From: Defluviitaleaceae bacterium | GTDB taxonomy: Bacteria > Bacillota > Clostridia > Lachnospirales > WRAA01 | Length of the DNA stretch: 38,157 nt | Assembly: GCA_009780445.1 (NCBI GenBank) | Contig: WRAA01000001.1 | Location: 1-38,157, forward strand | Reading direction: 5' to 3' | In this document: positions 1 to 8,560 of the stretch, in pieces | Numbering within the stretch: the stretch's first letter is position 1 | Layout: each line of letters starts with the position of its first letter | Notes under the pieces: model-generated | Seen by the model: only the letters and a program-made list of their open reading frames with translations | What the model was told of the DNA's origin: nothing | Databases searched by the model: none | Program-made: the position numbers and the translations under genes

Positions 1-522
1 GGATCTGCCCCATCTGGGCCTCCAGCGCCGCAGGTAACCCTTGGCCGATGTGGGCGGCGTGTCGCGGCCGTCCAAGAAGGCGTGTACGTACACCTTCGTA
101 AGCCCCTGACGCTTCGCAAGCTCCAGCAGGGCATACAGGTGTGTGATATGGCTGTGTACGCCGCCGTCGGACACAAGGCCGAAGAGGTGCAGCGCGCTGT
201 CCTTGGCCTTGCAGTTTGCCGCGGCCGCAAGGAAGGCCTCGTTGTCGAAGAAGTCTCCGTCCTCGATAGACTTGGTGATGCGCGTCAGCTCCTGGTACAC
301 CACGCGCCCCGCGCCGATGTTAAGATGCCCGACCTCGGAGTTGCCCATCTGCCCGTCCGGCAGGCCGACGGACAGGCCGGAGGCCTCGCCAAGCACATAT
401 GGGCAGTCCTTCATAAGCCCGTCCAGCACGGGCGTTTGCGCCATGTCTATGGCGTTGTTGTCTGTTTCATCCGTTATTCCGTAGCCGTCCAGCACGACCA
501 GGACGGTTGTAGTTTTGTCCAT
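1..522 (-). CDS. gpmI: 2,3-bisphosphoglycerate-independent phosphoglycerate mutase, N-terminal part (3' end runs off the window)
   Basis: Absent from the ORF track because there is no stop in the window. My translation of the minus strand from ATG 522-520 gives [79 protein letters not shown]...[32 protein letters not shown] and FLDGRDTPP are classic iPGM signatures. It lies directly downstream of pgk-tpiA. The last ~10 codons look out of frame (see findings). Confidence 0.85.
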   Translation of the reverse strand, partial: MDKTTTVLVVLDGYGITDETDNNAIDMAQTPVLDGLMKDCPYVLGEASGLSVGLPDGQMGNSEVGHLNIGAGRVVYQELTRITKSIEDGDFFDNEAFLAAAANCKAKDSALHLFGLVSDGGVHSHITHLYALLELAKRQGLTKVYVHAFLDGRDTPPTSAKGYLRRWRPRWGRS

Positions 523-530
523 ACGCACCT

Positions 531-1280
531 CTAGCCGTTATATTTAACGATCTGCTCAAATTCCGGCTTGAGCGACGCGCCGCCAACGAGACCGCCGTCG
601 ATGTTGGGCATGTTGAACAGCTCCGCGGCGTTGCCGCCGTTTACAGAGCCGCCGTATTGTACGCGGATGCTTGCCGCAGTGTCTGCCGAATATATTTCGG
701 CAAGCACTTGGCGCACGGCCGCGCAGACTTCCTCGGCCTGCTGTGCGGTGGCGGTCTTGCCCGTGCCTATGGCCCAGATCGGCTCGTAGGCCACGACGCA
801 CTTCGCCGCGTCAGCCGCGGAAATTTCAAGGAAGGCTATGCGCACCTGTTGGCGCACAAAGTCTATGGTGATGCCCTGTTCGCGCTGTGTAAGGGTTTCG
901 CCGCAGCAGATTATCGGCACAAGCCCTTCGGCCAGAGCCTTGAGCGCCTTCTTGTTTACGCCTTCGTCGGTTTCGGCGAAGTATTCGCGGCGTTCGGAAT
1001 GGCCGATCACAACATAGCGCACTCCCAAGGAGGCAAGCATCTTGGCCGAGATCTCGCCGGTGTAGGCCCCGCTGTCCTCGAAGTGCATGTTCTGCGCGCC
1101 CACGGCAATGTGCGTGCCGGCCACGGCCTCCAGCACCGGGGCAAGGCTCACGGCGGGTACGCACAGCACAACGTCGGCTGTATCCGTGTTGATCTTGTTC
1201 TTGATGCCGTTTGCGAAGCTCACGGCTTCGGCCGGGGTGAGGTTCATCTTCCAGTTGCCGGCGATAATCTTCCTGCGCAT
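531..1280 (-). CDS. tpiA: triosephosphate isomerase
   Basis: 249-aa ORF with the TIM signatures [28 protein letters not shown] and YGGSV. Its ATG overlaps the pgk stop (TAATG at 1278-1282). Confidence 0.95.
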   Translation of the reverse strand: MRRKIIAGNWKMNLTPAEAVSFANGIKNKINTDTADVVLCVPAVSLAPVLEAVAGTHIAVGAQNMHFEDSGAYTGEISAKMLASLGVRYVVIGHSERREYFAETDEGVNKKALKALAEGLVPIICCGETLTQREQGITIDFVRQQVRIAFLEISAADAAKCVVAYEPIWAIGTGKTATAQQAEEVCAAVRQVLAEIYSADTAASIRVQYGGSVNGGNAAELFNMPNIDGGLVGGASLKPEFEQIVKYNG

Positions 1281-2470
1281 TATTTGTCCTCCACGGCGGC
1301 TACGCCCGGCAGGACAATACCCTCCAGGAACTCCAGCGACGCGCCGCCGCCTGTGGAGATGTGGCTCATTTTGTCGGCGAAGCCGAGCTGGTGTACGGCC
1401 GCCGCGGAATCGCCGCCGCCGATGACGCTCATGCCGTCGATCTCCGAGAGAGCCTGCGCCACGGCGATGGTGCCCTTGTTGAAGTTGTCCATCTCGAACA
1501 CGCCCATGGGGCCGTTCCAGATGACGGTCTTTGCACCCTTGATAGCTTCGGCGAAGATCGCGGAGGTTTTCGCGCCGATGTCAAGGCCCAGCCAGCCGTC
1601 CTCGATGCTGTCGCAGTCCACTGTCTTGAAGTTTGCGTCGTTGCTGAACTTGTCGGCCACGATGGTGTCTACGGGAAGCAGGAGGTTCACGCCCTTGGCC
1701 TTGGCCTTATCCATCATTTCGCGGGCGTAGTCGAGCTTGTCCTCTTCCAGGAGTGAGTTGCCCACGCCGTGGCCCATGGCCTTTACAAAGGTGTAGGCCA
1801 TGCCGCCGCCGATGATCAGGGTGTCCACCTTTTCCAGCAAGTTGTTGATCACGTTTATTTTGTCGGAAACCTTCGCGCCGCCCAGTATGGCTACGAAGGG
1901 GCGCTCGGGGTTGTTGACGGCGTTGCCGAGGTACTTAATTTCGCTCTGCATAAGGTAGCCCACGGCGGATTCCTTCACGAACTGCGTCACGCCTACGGTG
2001 GAGCAGTGTGCGCGGTGGCTGGAGCCGAAGGCGTCGTCCACATAGATATCCGCCAGGGAGGCGAGATCCTTGGAGAAGGCTTCGCCGTTTTTTGTCTCTT
2101 CCTTGCGGAAGCGTGTGTTCTCGAGCAGCACAACATCGCCGTCCTGCATGTTCGCGACGGCCTTGCGCGCGTTGTCGCCGACCACGGTGTCGTCGGCGGC
2201 GAATGTCACGGGTTTGCCCAGCAGCTCCCCAAGGCGCACGGCCACGGGCGCCAGGGATGCCGACGGATCCGGCTCCTTAGGCTTGCCCAGATGGGAACAC
2301 AGGATGACCCTGCCGCCGTCGGCCGCCAGCTTCTTGATAGTAGGCAACGCGCCCACGATACGGGCGTCGGAGGTGATCTTGCCGTCCTTCATAGGCACGT
2401 TAAAATCACAGCGCACCAGCACGTTCTTGCCAGATACGTGAAGATCGTCCACAGTTTTCTTGTTCAGCAT
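1280..2470 (-). CDS. pgk: phosphoglycerate kinase
   Basis: 396-aa ORF with the typical PGK motifs [40 protein letters not shown] and [13 protein letters not shown]. Confidence 0.95.
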   Translation of the reverse strand: MLNKKTVDDLHVSGKNVLVRCDFNVPMKDGKITSDARIVGALPTIKKLAADGGRVILCSHLGKPKEPDPSASLAPVAVRLGELLGKPVTFAADDTVVGDNARKAVANMQDGDVVLLENTRFRKEETKNGEAFSKDLASLADIYVDDAFGSSHRAHCSTVGVTQFVKESAVGYLMQSEIKYLGNAVNNPERPFVAILGGAKVSDKINVINNLLEKVDTLIIGGGMAYTFVKAMGHGVGNSLLEEDKLDYAREMMDKAKAKGVNLLLPVDTIVADKFSNDANFKTVDCDSIEDGWLGLDIGAKTSAIFAEAIKGAKTVIWNGPMGVFEMDNFNKGTIAVAQALSEIDGMSVIGGGDSAAAVHQLGFADKMSHISTGGGASLEFLEGIVLPGVAAVEDK

Positions 2471-2502
2471 TGCAGTTCTCCCTTCTATACATCATTGGGA
2501 AT

Positions 2503-2531
2503 ATTCTACCACCTTGCTATGGATTACGCAA
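2503..2531 (-). promoter_or_regulatory. candidate sigma-A promoter for pgk-tpiA-gpmI
   Basis: The minus strand reads TTGCGT (2531-2526), a 17-nt spacer, then TGgTAGAAT (-10 hexamer at 2508-2503), about 35 nt upstream of the pgk ATG. Sequence match only. Confidence 0.4.
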
Positions 2532-2610
2532 GGGCAAATGAATAATGTTGAAAAGTTATCGGCGATGTGATACCCTAGTAAACATAAGATATGATTTAGG
2601 AGTGACTGAC

Positions 2611-3501
2611 TTGATAAAGACGGACCACCACATGCATACGAACGCCTCGGGGGACAGCCCCGCCGATATGGAGGACATGATACGCCAGGCCGTAAGCCTT
2701 GGCCTTGACGAGATATGCATAACAGACCACGTGGACTTTCCGCCTGTGGAGGACATACGCCACTGGCCTGTTATAAGCGGCGCGGGTGTGTCGTCGCAGC
2801 TGGAGTGGGCGCGGATTCTCGAGGACGGGGAGACCTGTGAGATCGTGAGAATCCCCTTCGATGAATACGTCGCCAACTACCAACGCCTTGCCGAAGCCTA
2901 CAAGGATCGCATCACGGTGAAGCTGGGCTGTGAGATCGGCATAAGTTACCACTGCCGCCAAGCCATCCACGCCCACTTGGCCAAGTACCCCTTCGACTTC
3001 GTGATAGGCTCCCAGCACACGGTGGACCGCTTCGACATCTGCGGCAACCGCGAGACGTTCTTTATCGGCAAGACGAAGCACGAGGCCTACACGGCGCATC
3101 TGGAAGAGATGGCGGATAACGTGCGCAGCTACGACTGCTTCGACGTGCTGGGGCATATGGACTACATCATCCGCTATGTGCCGTACCAAGACCGCCAGAT
3201 GCATGTGACCGAATTCGCGGATCTGCTGGACGGCATATTCACGACCTTGGTACACAAGGGCAAGGGTTTAGAGCTTAACACGTCCGGCCTGCGATACAAG
3301 CTGGGTCAGGCGCACCCGCACATCGACATACTGCGCAGGTACCGCGCTCTGGGCGGCGAAATAATCACCGTAGGTTCGGACGCGCACAGGCCTAACGATC
3401 TTGCCGCATACATGCGCGAAGCGGAAGAGATTTTGCGCGAAGCGGGCTTTAAGGCGTACTGCAAGTTTAACGCGCGTGTGCCGATATTTATTGACCTGTA
3501 A
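2611..3501 (+). CDS. PHP-domain phosphoesterase, HisJ-type histidinol-phosphatase family
   Basis: The track ORF is 2545-3501. I prefer the in-frame TTG at 2611, preceded by AGGAG (2598-2602). The metal-ligand pattern DHHMHT, CITDHVD, GCEIG, GSQH, LGHMDY and GSDAH is typical of PHP/HisJ phosphatases. Confidence 0.8.
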   Translation: MIKTDHHMHTNASGDSPADMEDMIRQAVSLGLDEICITDHVDFPPVEDIRHWPVISGAGVSSQLEWARILEDGETCEIVRIPFDEYVANYQRLAEAYKDRITVKLGCEIGISYHCRQAIHAHLAKYPFDFVIGSQHTVDRFDICGNRETFFIGKTKHEAYTAHLEEMADNVRSYDCFDVLGHMDYIIRYVPYQDRQMHVTEFADLLDGIFTTLVHKGKGLELNTSGLRYKLGQAHPHIDILRRYRALGGEIITVGSDAHRPNDLAAYMREAEEILREAGFKAYCKFNARVPIFIDL

Positions 3502-3502
3502 G

Positions 3503-4387
3503 TTAGATACTGTAGTTGGAAAGCTTTTCGTAGACCTTCAGCACGGCCTGGGTGCCCAGGCGGCCGCCGTCCTCTTCGGCTTGCAGGGCGCGGAGGAACT
3601 GGAGGGAGAGCGCGACGCAGGGCGAGGCCAGCCTGTGGGAGTTCTGCGCGTCCTGCACAATGCCGAGATCCTTCACGGCCAGGTCTGTGAAGAAACCGGG
3701 CGAGAAATCCCGCTTGACCATCTTGGTGCCGTTGAGGGTCAGTTGTGCGGACGCGCCCGCGCCGCCGGAGACAACTTCCACAAGGGCGTCCAGATCCAGC
3801 CCTTCCTTCGAGCCGAGCATCAGCCCTTCGGCAACGCCCATCATGCAGGCCAGAACCATCACTTGGTTGGCCATCTTGGTGGCCTGACCCGCGCCGGACG
3901 GCCCCATGTAGGTTATCTTGGTACCCATGGTTCGGAACACGGGTACACAGCGTTCAAAGGCCGCCTTGTCGCCGCCGACCATGATGCTGAGCTTGGCGTT
4001 TATCGCGCCGATGTCGCCGCCGCTCACGGGCGCATCGAGCATCACCGCGCCAAGTTCGGCTATGCGTGCCGAAAAGCCGCGGGTTGCCTCGGCGGAGATC
4101 GTGCTCATGTCCACCACGACCTTGCCGGCGGAAAGCCCCTGCGCCAGACCGTCCTTGCCGAACAGCACGTTCTCCACATCAGGCGTGTCGCTGACGATGG
4201 TGATGATGATGTCGCAGGCCTTGGCCACTTCCGCCGGAGTGGAGGCGACAACCGCGCCGCCCTTCTCAAGCTCCGCCGCCTTGCCGCCGCTGCGGTTGTA
4301 GACGTGCATCGGGTAGCCCGCTTGAAGGATGTGGCCGGCCATTGGCCTGCCCATGATTCCCAGTCCGATAAAACCTATTCGTTCCAT
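3503..4387 (-). CDS. NAD(P)-dependent oxidoreductase, 3-hydroxyisobutyrate dehydrogenase / 2-hydroxy-3-oxopropionate reductase family
   Basis: MERIGFIGLGIMGRPMAGHIL is a Rossmann GxGxxG motif. DAPVSGG and the GAGQATKMANQ region are typical of HIBADH/GarR-like enzymes. The ATG at 4387 is preceded by GGGGG. The 65 extra N-terminal codons of the track ORF (to 4582) overlap rluD and are Arg/Pro/Ser-rich junk. Confidence 0.85.
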   Translation of the reverse strand: MERIGFIGLGIMGRPMAGHILQAGYPMHVYNRSGGKAAELEKGGAVVASTPAEVAKACDIIITIVSDTPDVENVLFGKDGLAQGLSAGKVVVDMSTISAEATRGFSARIAELGAVMLDAPVSGGDIGAINAKLSIMVGGDKAAFERCVPVFRTMGTKITYMGPSGAGQATKMANQVMVLACMMGVAEGLMLGSKEGLDLDALVEVVSGGAGASAQLTLNGTKMVKRDFSPGFFTDLAVKDLGIVQDAQNSHRLASPCVALSLQFLRALQAEEDGGRLGTQAVLKVYEKLSNYSI

Positions 4388-4400
4388 GTGTACCCCCTGA

Positions 4401-5336
4401 TTATATGTTTGAGTTGTGAAGCTTCGTAAGCAAGCTCCTGAAATAAACCGGCATCTGCGCGGTGAACTCCATGTACGTGCCGGTGTGCGGATGGGTGAAG
4501 CCCAGCACTTCGGCGTGCAGGATCTGCCCGCTTGCCGGCGGCTGATAGGCCGGTCTTGCAGGGCCGTATACTTCGTCGCCAAGGATCGGGTGGCCGATAG
4601 AGGCCATGTGTACGCGTATCTGGTGTGTGCGCCCGGTCTCGAGCCTAAGGCGCAGGAGGCAGCATCTTACGGGACGCTCGAAGCGTTCCGTTACCTCGTA
4701 GTGGGTGACTGCTCTGCGGCCGTGTTGTACCACGGCCATTTTCTTGCGGTGAACCGGGTGGCGGCCTATGGCGCGGTTGATACTTCCGCTGTCCGCGCCG
4801 ATTCGCCCCGCCGCCAGGGCGATGTATTCGCGCCGCATACTGTGGGCGGAAAGCTGGGCGGACAGCGCGTGGTGTGCCGCGTCGTTCTTGGCAACCACAA
4901 GCAGGCCGGACGTGTCCTTGTCGATACGGTGTACTATGCCCGGGCGGTATTCGCCGTTGATGACGGGAAGGTTGCCGCCAAGGCGGTGCAGCAGGGCGTG
5001 TACCAACGTGCCGCCCGTGTGGCCGGGCGCGGGATGCACGACCATGCCCTTAGGCTTGTCCACCACCAGCACGTGGCCGTCCTCGTACACGATGTCCAGC
5101 GGGATGTCCTCCGGCACCGGGCCGACCTCTTCGGGTTCGTTAAAGCGTATGCTTACGGTGTCGCCCGGGGCGATCAAGCGGCCGGGCTTTGCGGCAAGGC
5201 CGTTCACAAGTATGCCGCCGCCGCGCAGCAGGCTCTGGACGCGGGTGCGCGAAAGGCCAAACTGCGCCGCGGCCGCGGAGTCCAGCCTCTTGCCCGCAAA
5301 CGGGTCGTCCGCCTCCGCCGTAAATTGGCTATTCAT
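4401..5336 (-). CDS. rluD: RluA-family 23S rRNA pseudouridine synthase (RluD-like)
   Basis: 311 aa with an N-terminal S4-like segment (RLDSAAAAQFGLSRTRVQSLLRGGGILVNG) and the catalytic motif HRIDKDTSGLLVVAKN. It forms the conserved lspA-rluD pair. Confidence 0.9.
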   Translation of the reverse strand: MNSQFTAEADDPFAGKRLDSAAAAQFGLSRTRVQSLLRGGGILVNGLAAKPGRLIAPGDTVSIRFNEPEEVGPVPEDIPLDIVYEDGHVLVVDKPKGMVVHPAPGHTGGTLVHALLHRLGGNLPVINGEYRPGIVHRIDKDTSGLLVVAKNDAAHHALSAQLSAHSMRREYIALAAGRIGADSGSINRAIGRHPVHRKKMAVVQHGRRAVTHYEVTERFERPVRCCLLRLRLETGRTHQIRVHMASIGHPILGDEVYGPARPAYQPPASGQILHAEVLGFTHPHTGTYMEFTAQMPVYFRSLLTKLHNSNI

Positions 5337-5865
5337 GTTCGGAAACCGCCGGCGCGGCCGGTTTAGATTCCGCCGGTTTCGATTCCGCCGGTTCCTTCGA
5401 GACCGGTTCGTCCTTGATCACGAAGATCAGCAGAGCCGAAAGCACGGCCGTACCCACGACCAGGAAGACATCAGCAAGGTTGAACACCGGGAAGTTGATG
5501 AAGGTGACGTGCAGGAAGTCCACCACATAACCTTTCATCAGCCTGTCGATAAAGTTGCCCAGCGCGCCGCCGCAGATCAGCACAAGCGTAAGCCGCACCC
5601 ACGAATATTCACGCGTGTGCGGCAGTTTTACGAAGTAGTAGGCCAGGGCGGCCACCACCGCGACAGTGACGGCCACAAAGAACCACCTTCCTCCGCTGAA
5701 CAGCCCGAAGGCCGCGCCGTCGTTAGTGGCATAGGTGAGGTGGAACACGCCCGGCACAAGGGCAAGGCTGCCCACAGGCCGCAGATAGTTCACGGCCGCC
5801 AGCTTCGTGGCCTGATCCATTATAACCAACAGCGCGACATAGGCCAGCGCGAGATACTTGTTCAT
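5329..5865 (-). CDS. lspA: lipoprotein signal peptidase (signal peptidase II)
   Basis: 178 aa, multi-TM, with the NDGAAFGLF and FNLADVFLVVG motifs. It overlaps the rluD start by 8 nt and has a low-complexity C-terminal tail (KEPAESKPAESKPAAP). Confidence 0.9.
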   Translation of the reverse strand: MNKYLALAYVALLVIMDQATKLAAVNYLRPVGSLALVPGVFHLTYATNDGAAFGLFSGGRWFFVAVTVAVVAALAYYFVKLPHTREYSWVRLTLVLICGGALGNFIDRLMKGYVVDFLHVTFINFPVFNLADVFLVVGTAVLSALLIFVIKDEPVSKEPAESKPAESKPAAPAVSEHE

Positions 5866-5875
5866 GTTATCATTC

Positions 5876-7159
5876 CTAATCCTCTGTAACTTGCTGCGTG
5901 ACGACCACGCGGGATATCAGCTTTTCCTGTATTTGCGTTATGCGGAAGTGCAGGCCGCCGTACTCGATCTCCGGCGTTTCGTCCTCTTCGGGGAAGCGGC
6001 CCAGCTGGCCGATGAGGAAGCCGCCCAGAGTGTCGTAGTCGTCCTCGGGAAACTCCACGCCAAGCTCCATTTCGTCCAGGAACTCCGACACATCCTTCAG
6101 CATTGCCGTGCCGTCTATGGCGAAGGTTCCGTCGTCCTGGCGCGATATCGCGGGCGCCTCCTGTTCGTCGTGTTCGTCCAGGATGGAGCCCATTATTTCC
6201 TCCACGAGATCCTCCATCGTCACAAGCCCCACGGTTCCGCCGTATTCGTCAACAACTATGGCCATGTGAACCTGCTTGCCCTTCATCTCCATGAAGAGGT
6301 CGTCCAGCTTCTTGGAGGACGGCACGAAGTAGGCCTCGCGCAGCATATTCCGTATGCTGAAGCCGTCCAGCGTGCGGTTGTGCAGCACATGCCCCAGGAT
6401 GTCCTTCGTGTGCAGCAGGCCAAGGATGTTGTCGAGATTGTCCTCGTACACGGGTATGCGTGTGAACTTTTCCTCGGTAATAAACGGGGCGATCTCCTCG
6501 ATGGATGAATCTATCTCTATCGCGCTGATGTGGGTGCGGTGTACGGAGAGATCCTCGGCGGTCTTGGTGCTGAAGTCGAACACGTTGTGGATCATTGTGC
6601 GCTCCGCTATGTCTATCGCGCCGGCTTCGGAGGCTTCGTCGGCCAGAGTGCGGATCTCTTCCTCCACATAGTCCTCGCCGTCCTCCTTGCGCCGTATGCG
6701 CACGGCAAGCCGCAGGATCGCGTTGACCAGCACGGAGAACACCGCCGCCGCCGGGTATATCAGCCACGCCAGCAGGCTCATGGGCTTGATAAGGTCGTAG
6801 GCGGTCTTGGTGGCGTACAGCTGGGCGAAACGCTTCGCGAATATGGCGGCGGGTATCAGCAACAGAACAAGAGCCGCCCCGGCGGCCGCAAAAAAGTTGA
6901 CGTCCTCCGCGATGCCGCCGGCCAGGTACAGCACAGAGCCAATAACGCCAAGCCCCACGGCGGACAGAGCCGTCTGCATGGCCGCCATAAAGACGTCGGG
7001 CGGGTCTGTGTGCTTGAGCAGAAGCTGCGCCCCGGCGTGGCCGCTTTCGGCGTCAGCCCTGACCTTGCTGCGGTTAAGATGCATCACCGCCGCTTCCATA
7101 AGGCACACAAAGGTATACAGAACCATCAGCAAAAGTATTACAATCATATTGCCTATCAA
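5876..7159 (-). CDS. CNNM/CorC-HlyC family membrane protein (DUF21 - CBS pair - CorC_HlyC domains; 'hemolysin family protein')
   Basis: 427 aa. It has an N-terminal 4-TM region, then a CBS-pair region (IMIHNVFDF...[19 protein letters not shown]...[25 protein letters not shown]), then a C-terminal CorC_HlyC-like region ([12 protein letters not shown]...[17 protein letters not shown]). The track start is TTG 7159; the ATG at 7147 is an alternative. Confidence 0.85.
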   Translation of the reverse strand: MIGNMIVILLLMVLYTFVCLMEAAVMHLNRSKVRADAESGHAGAQLLLKHTDPPDVFMAAMQTALSAVGLGVIGSVLYLAGGIAEDVNFFAAAGAALVLLLIPAAIFAKRFAQLYATKTAYDLIKPMSLLAWLIYPAAAVFSVLVNAILRLAVRIRRKEDGEDYVEEEIRTLADEASEAGAIDIAERTMIHNVFDFSTKTAEDLSVHRTHISAIEIDSSIEEIAPFITEEKFTRIPVYEDNLDNILGLLHTKDILGHVLHNRTLDGFSIRNMLREAYFVPSSKKLDDLFMEMKGKQVHMAIVVDEYGGTVGLVTMEDLVEEIMGSILDEHDEQEAPAISRQDDGTFAIDGTAMLKDVSEFLDEMELGVEFPEDDYDTLGGFLIGQLGRFPEEDETPEIEYGGLHFRITQIQEKLISRVVVTQQVTED

Positions 7160-7194
7160 AATGAGACTATCCCCCGTAATTTCAAATTAACCTA

Positions 7195-7223
7195 ATTATA
7201 CAATATCTTCATGCAAATTGAAA
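7195..7223 (-). promoter_or_regulatory. candidate sigma-A promoter for the CNNM/CorC gene
   Basis: The minus strand reads TTTCAA (7223-7218), a 17-nt spacer, then a perfect TATAAT (7200-7195). It lies ~35 nt upstream of the start codon and immediately downstream of the palindromic element. Confidence 0.45.
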
Positions 7224-7231
7224 GAAGTATT

Positions 7232-7399
7232 TAGGGCGTGTTTGAAAACCCGCTTCCGGCGGATTTTCAAGTGATTTTTTCGCTAGACTAGGAAGTGGCA
7301 AACGCCGCGAACCCTTGTGGTTCGCAAGTTTGACACTGACGACGTATGGCGGAAAAAGTACCGAAAATACGCCGGAATGGGGTTTTCAAACACGCCCTA
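7232..7399. repeat. ~168-bp extended imperfect palindrome (long hairpin / MITE-like element)
   Basis: The perfect 20-nt arms TAGGGCGTGTTTGAAAACCC (7232-7251) and GGGTTTTCAAACACGCCCTA (7380-7399) are reverse complements. Pairing continues inward (TTCCGGCGgATTTTC with GAAAATaCGCCGGAA; TTTTTCGC with GCGGAAAAA). An inner hairpin GCGAACC-cttgt-GGTTCGC is present. The right arm ends on the TAG stop of the TPR gene. Confidence 0.7.
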
Positions 7400-8548
7400 G
7401 AAGCCTTCGCGGAAATCGGCCTTGAAGCCGTTTAGGATGCCGCCGAGGGTGGTTTGGTAGTCCCTGGTCTTGCCGAGGGCTTTCTTGATCTTGGCGGATT
7501 CGAAGAGGCTGCGTTCGTTCTCCGGGTCGATGGCCAGGGCTTTCTTGATGGCGTTCTCGGCCTTGGTGAGGTCGTAGTCCTGCCTGTGATAGGCGGCCAG
7601 GCGTGTCCACAGCTCTGCGTCTGCGCGGTTGTGCAGGATGGCTTGCTCGATAGACTTGATAGCCGCGGGGATGTTGTGCGTGAGGCGGTGGATGTCCGCG
7701 CGTATGATGTGGAAGGTGCGATCCTTGACTACTACAGAGTTAAGGGCTTCGGCGGCCTTGTCGTAGCTGCGCAGGCGTATATAGACCTGTGCCAGGCTGT
7801 AGACGTAGTGCGGGTCGTACCGGGTGGCCAGGGCTTTCTTGAAGTAGTCTATCGAGTGGCGCGTGTCGCCGGTTTCAAGGTTTAGCAGGCCGTGCATGTA
7901 GTTGATGTCGGGGTTGTTCGGCTCCAGCTCAGCCGCGGCGATCACGGCGCGAAGGCCCTGCTCCAGATTGCGGGCGCGGATGTGGCTTTCGGCCAGACCC
8001 AGCCGCAGACGGATGTCCGAAGGTTCGAGAGACACCGCGCGTTCCAGCATCTCCGCGGCCTCTTCAAAGCGGTAGAGCCGCATGAGGGACATTGCGTAGT
8101 TGTTCAGCAGCCGGTAGTCCTCACTATAGGCCAGGGCGCGTTTGTAGAGACCGGCGGCCTTGGCCGGGCTGCCTTGGCGGTAGAGATAGTCGGCGTTTTC
8201 CTTCAGCCTCTCCCACATCAGCCGGGCTTCCCACTGCGTGAGGGACGCGCGGAGCGACGAAAGCTGGACTTCGTCGTAGAACTCGAACAGGGACAGGAAG
8301 CCGATGAGCCGCGCGCTGAGCGTGTTCTTGTCGTGAAGCTGTGTAAGCTGCGTCGCGTAGTAGGGCAGGCGCAGGGTGTCGCGCGTCCAGTCGATAAACT
8401 CGCGGCTTAAAAATTCCTCCCCCGATTCGCGCCAGTACTTGAACACATGAAAAGCCGCCTCTTCAAGCGAGTAGACGTTGATGTCGGTCATTTTGAACTT
8501 GTAGGGCACCTTGGTTTCTTCGCTTGAAAGGGCGGGGTAGAGCTGCAC
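7397..8548 (-). CDS. tetratricopeptide-repeat (TPR) protein, last gene of the Hsp70 cluster
   Basis: 383 aa with a GTG start preceded by GGAGG (6-nt spacing). From about residue 120 there are repeated 34-aa A/Y/L-patterned units (e.g. AAGLYKRALAYSEDY, EEAAEMLERAVSLEPSD, GLRAVIAAAELEPNNPD, YFKKALATRYDPHY, NAIKKALAIDPENE). The N-terminal ~110 aa are not recognisable. Confidence 0.8.
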   Translation of the reverse strand: MQLYPALSSEETKVPYKFKMTDINVYSLEEAAFHVFKYWRESGEEFLSREFIDWTRDTLRLPYYATQLTQLHDKNTLSARLIGFLSLFEFYDEVQLSSLRASLTQWEARLMWERLKENADYLYRQGSPAKAAGLYKRALAYSEDYRLLNNYAMSLMRLYRFEEAAEMLERAVSLEPSDIRLRLGLAESHIRARNLEQGLRAVIAAAELEPNNPDINYMHGLLNLETGDTRHSIDYFKKALATRYDPHYVYSLAQVYIRLRSYDKAAEALNSVVVKDRTFHIIRADIHRLTHNIPAAIKSIEQAILHNRADAELWTRLAAYHRQDYDLTKAENAIKKALAIDPENERSLFESAKIKKALGKTRDYQTTLGGILNGFKADFREGF

Positions 8549-8560
8549 GTGGAACCTCCG

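Noticed and set aside
82-534. 150-aa plus-strand ORF (and the nested 143-484 ORF) at the left edge
   Set aside because: It lies antisense to a clearly recognisable gpmI N-terminus on the minus strand. It has no RBS and no recognisable motifs, so it is a typical shadow ORF of GC-rich coding DNA.
3499-3505. Convergent stop codons of the PHP phosphatase and the oxidoreductase only 1 nt apart, with no terminator
   Set aside because: This is unusual-looking but common in compact genomes, and there is nothing further to test from the sequence alone.
4388-4582. 65-codon N-terminal extension of the oxidoreductase ORF
   Set aside because: It overlaps the 3' end of rluD, and its composition looks out of frame. 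A good ATG with an RBS sits at 4387, directly before the Rossmann motif.
5366-5395. 15-nt tandem direct repeat (GATTCCGCCGGTTTC x2) at the 3' end of lspA
   Set aside because: It simply encodes the PAESK-PAESK low-complexity tail of LspA. There are only two copies and no sign of a regulatory role.
657-5889. Long plus-strand ORFs 657-1730, 1769-2545, 3401-4429, 4416-5366 and 4768-5889
   Set aside because: Each is antisense to a confidently identified gene (tpiA/pgk, the oxidoreductase, rluD, lspA). All have Arg/Ala/Gly/Pro/His-rich, low-information translations, so they are GC-driven open frames rather than genes.
7232-7399. Calling the palindrome a bona fide MITE or mobile element
   Set aside because: There is no target-site duplication flanking the 20-nt arms, no transposase nearby, and copy number cannot be assessed from one window. 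It is reported as a repeat or hairpin of unknown nature instead.
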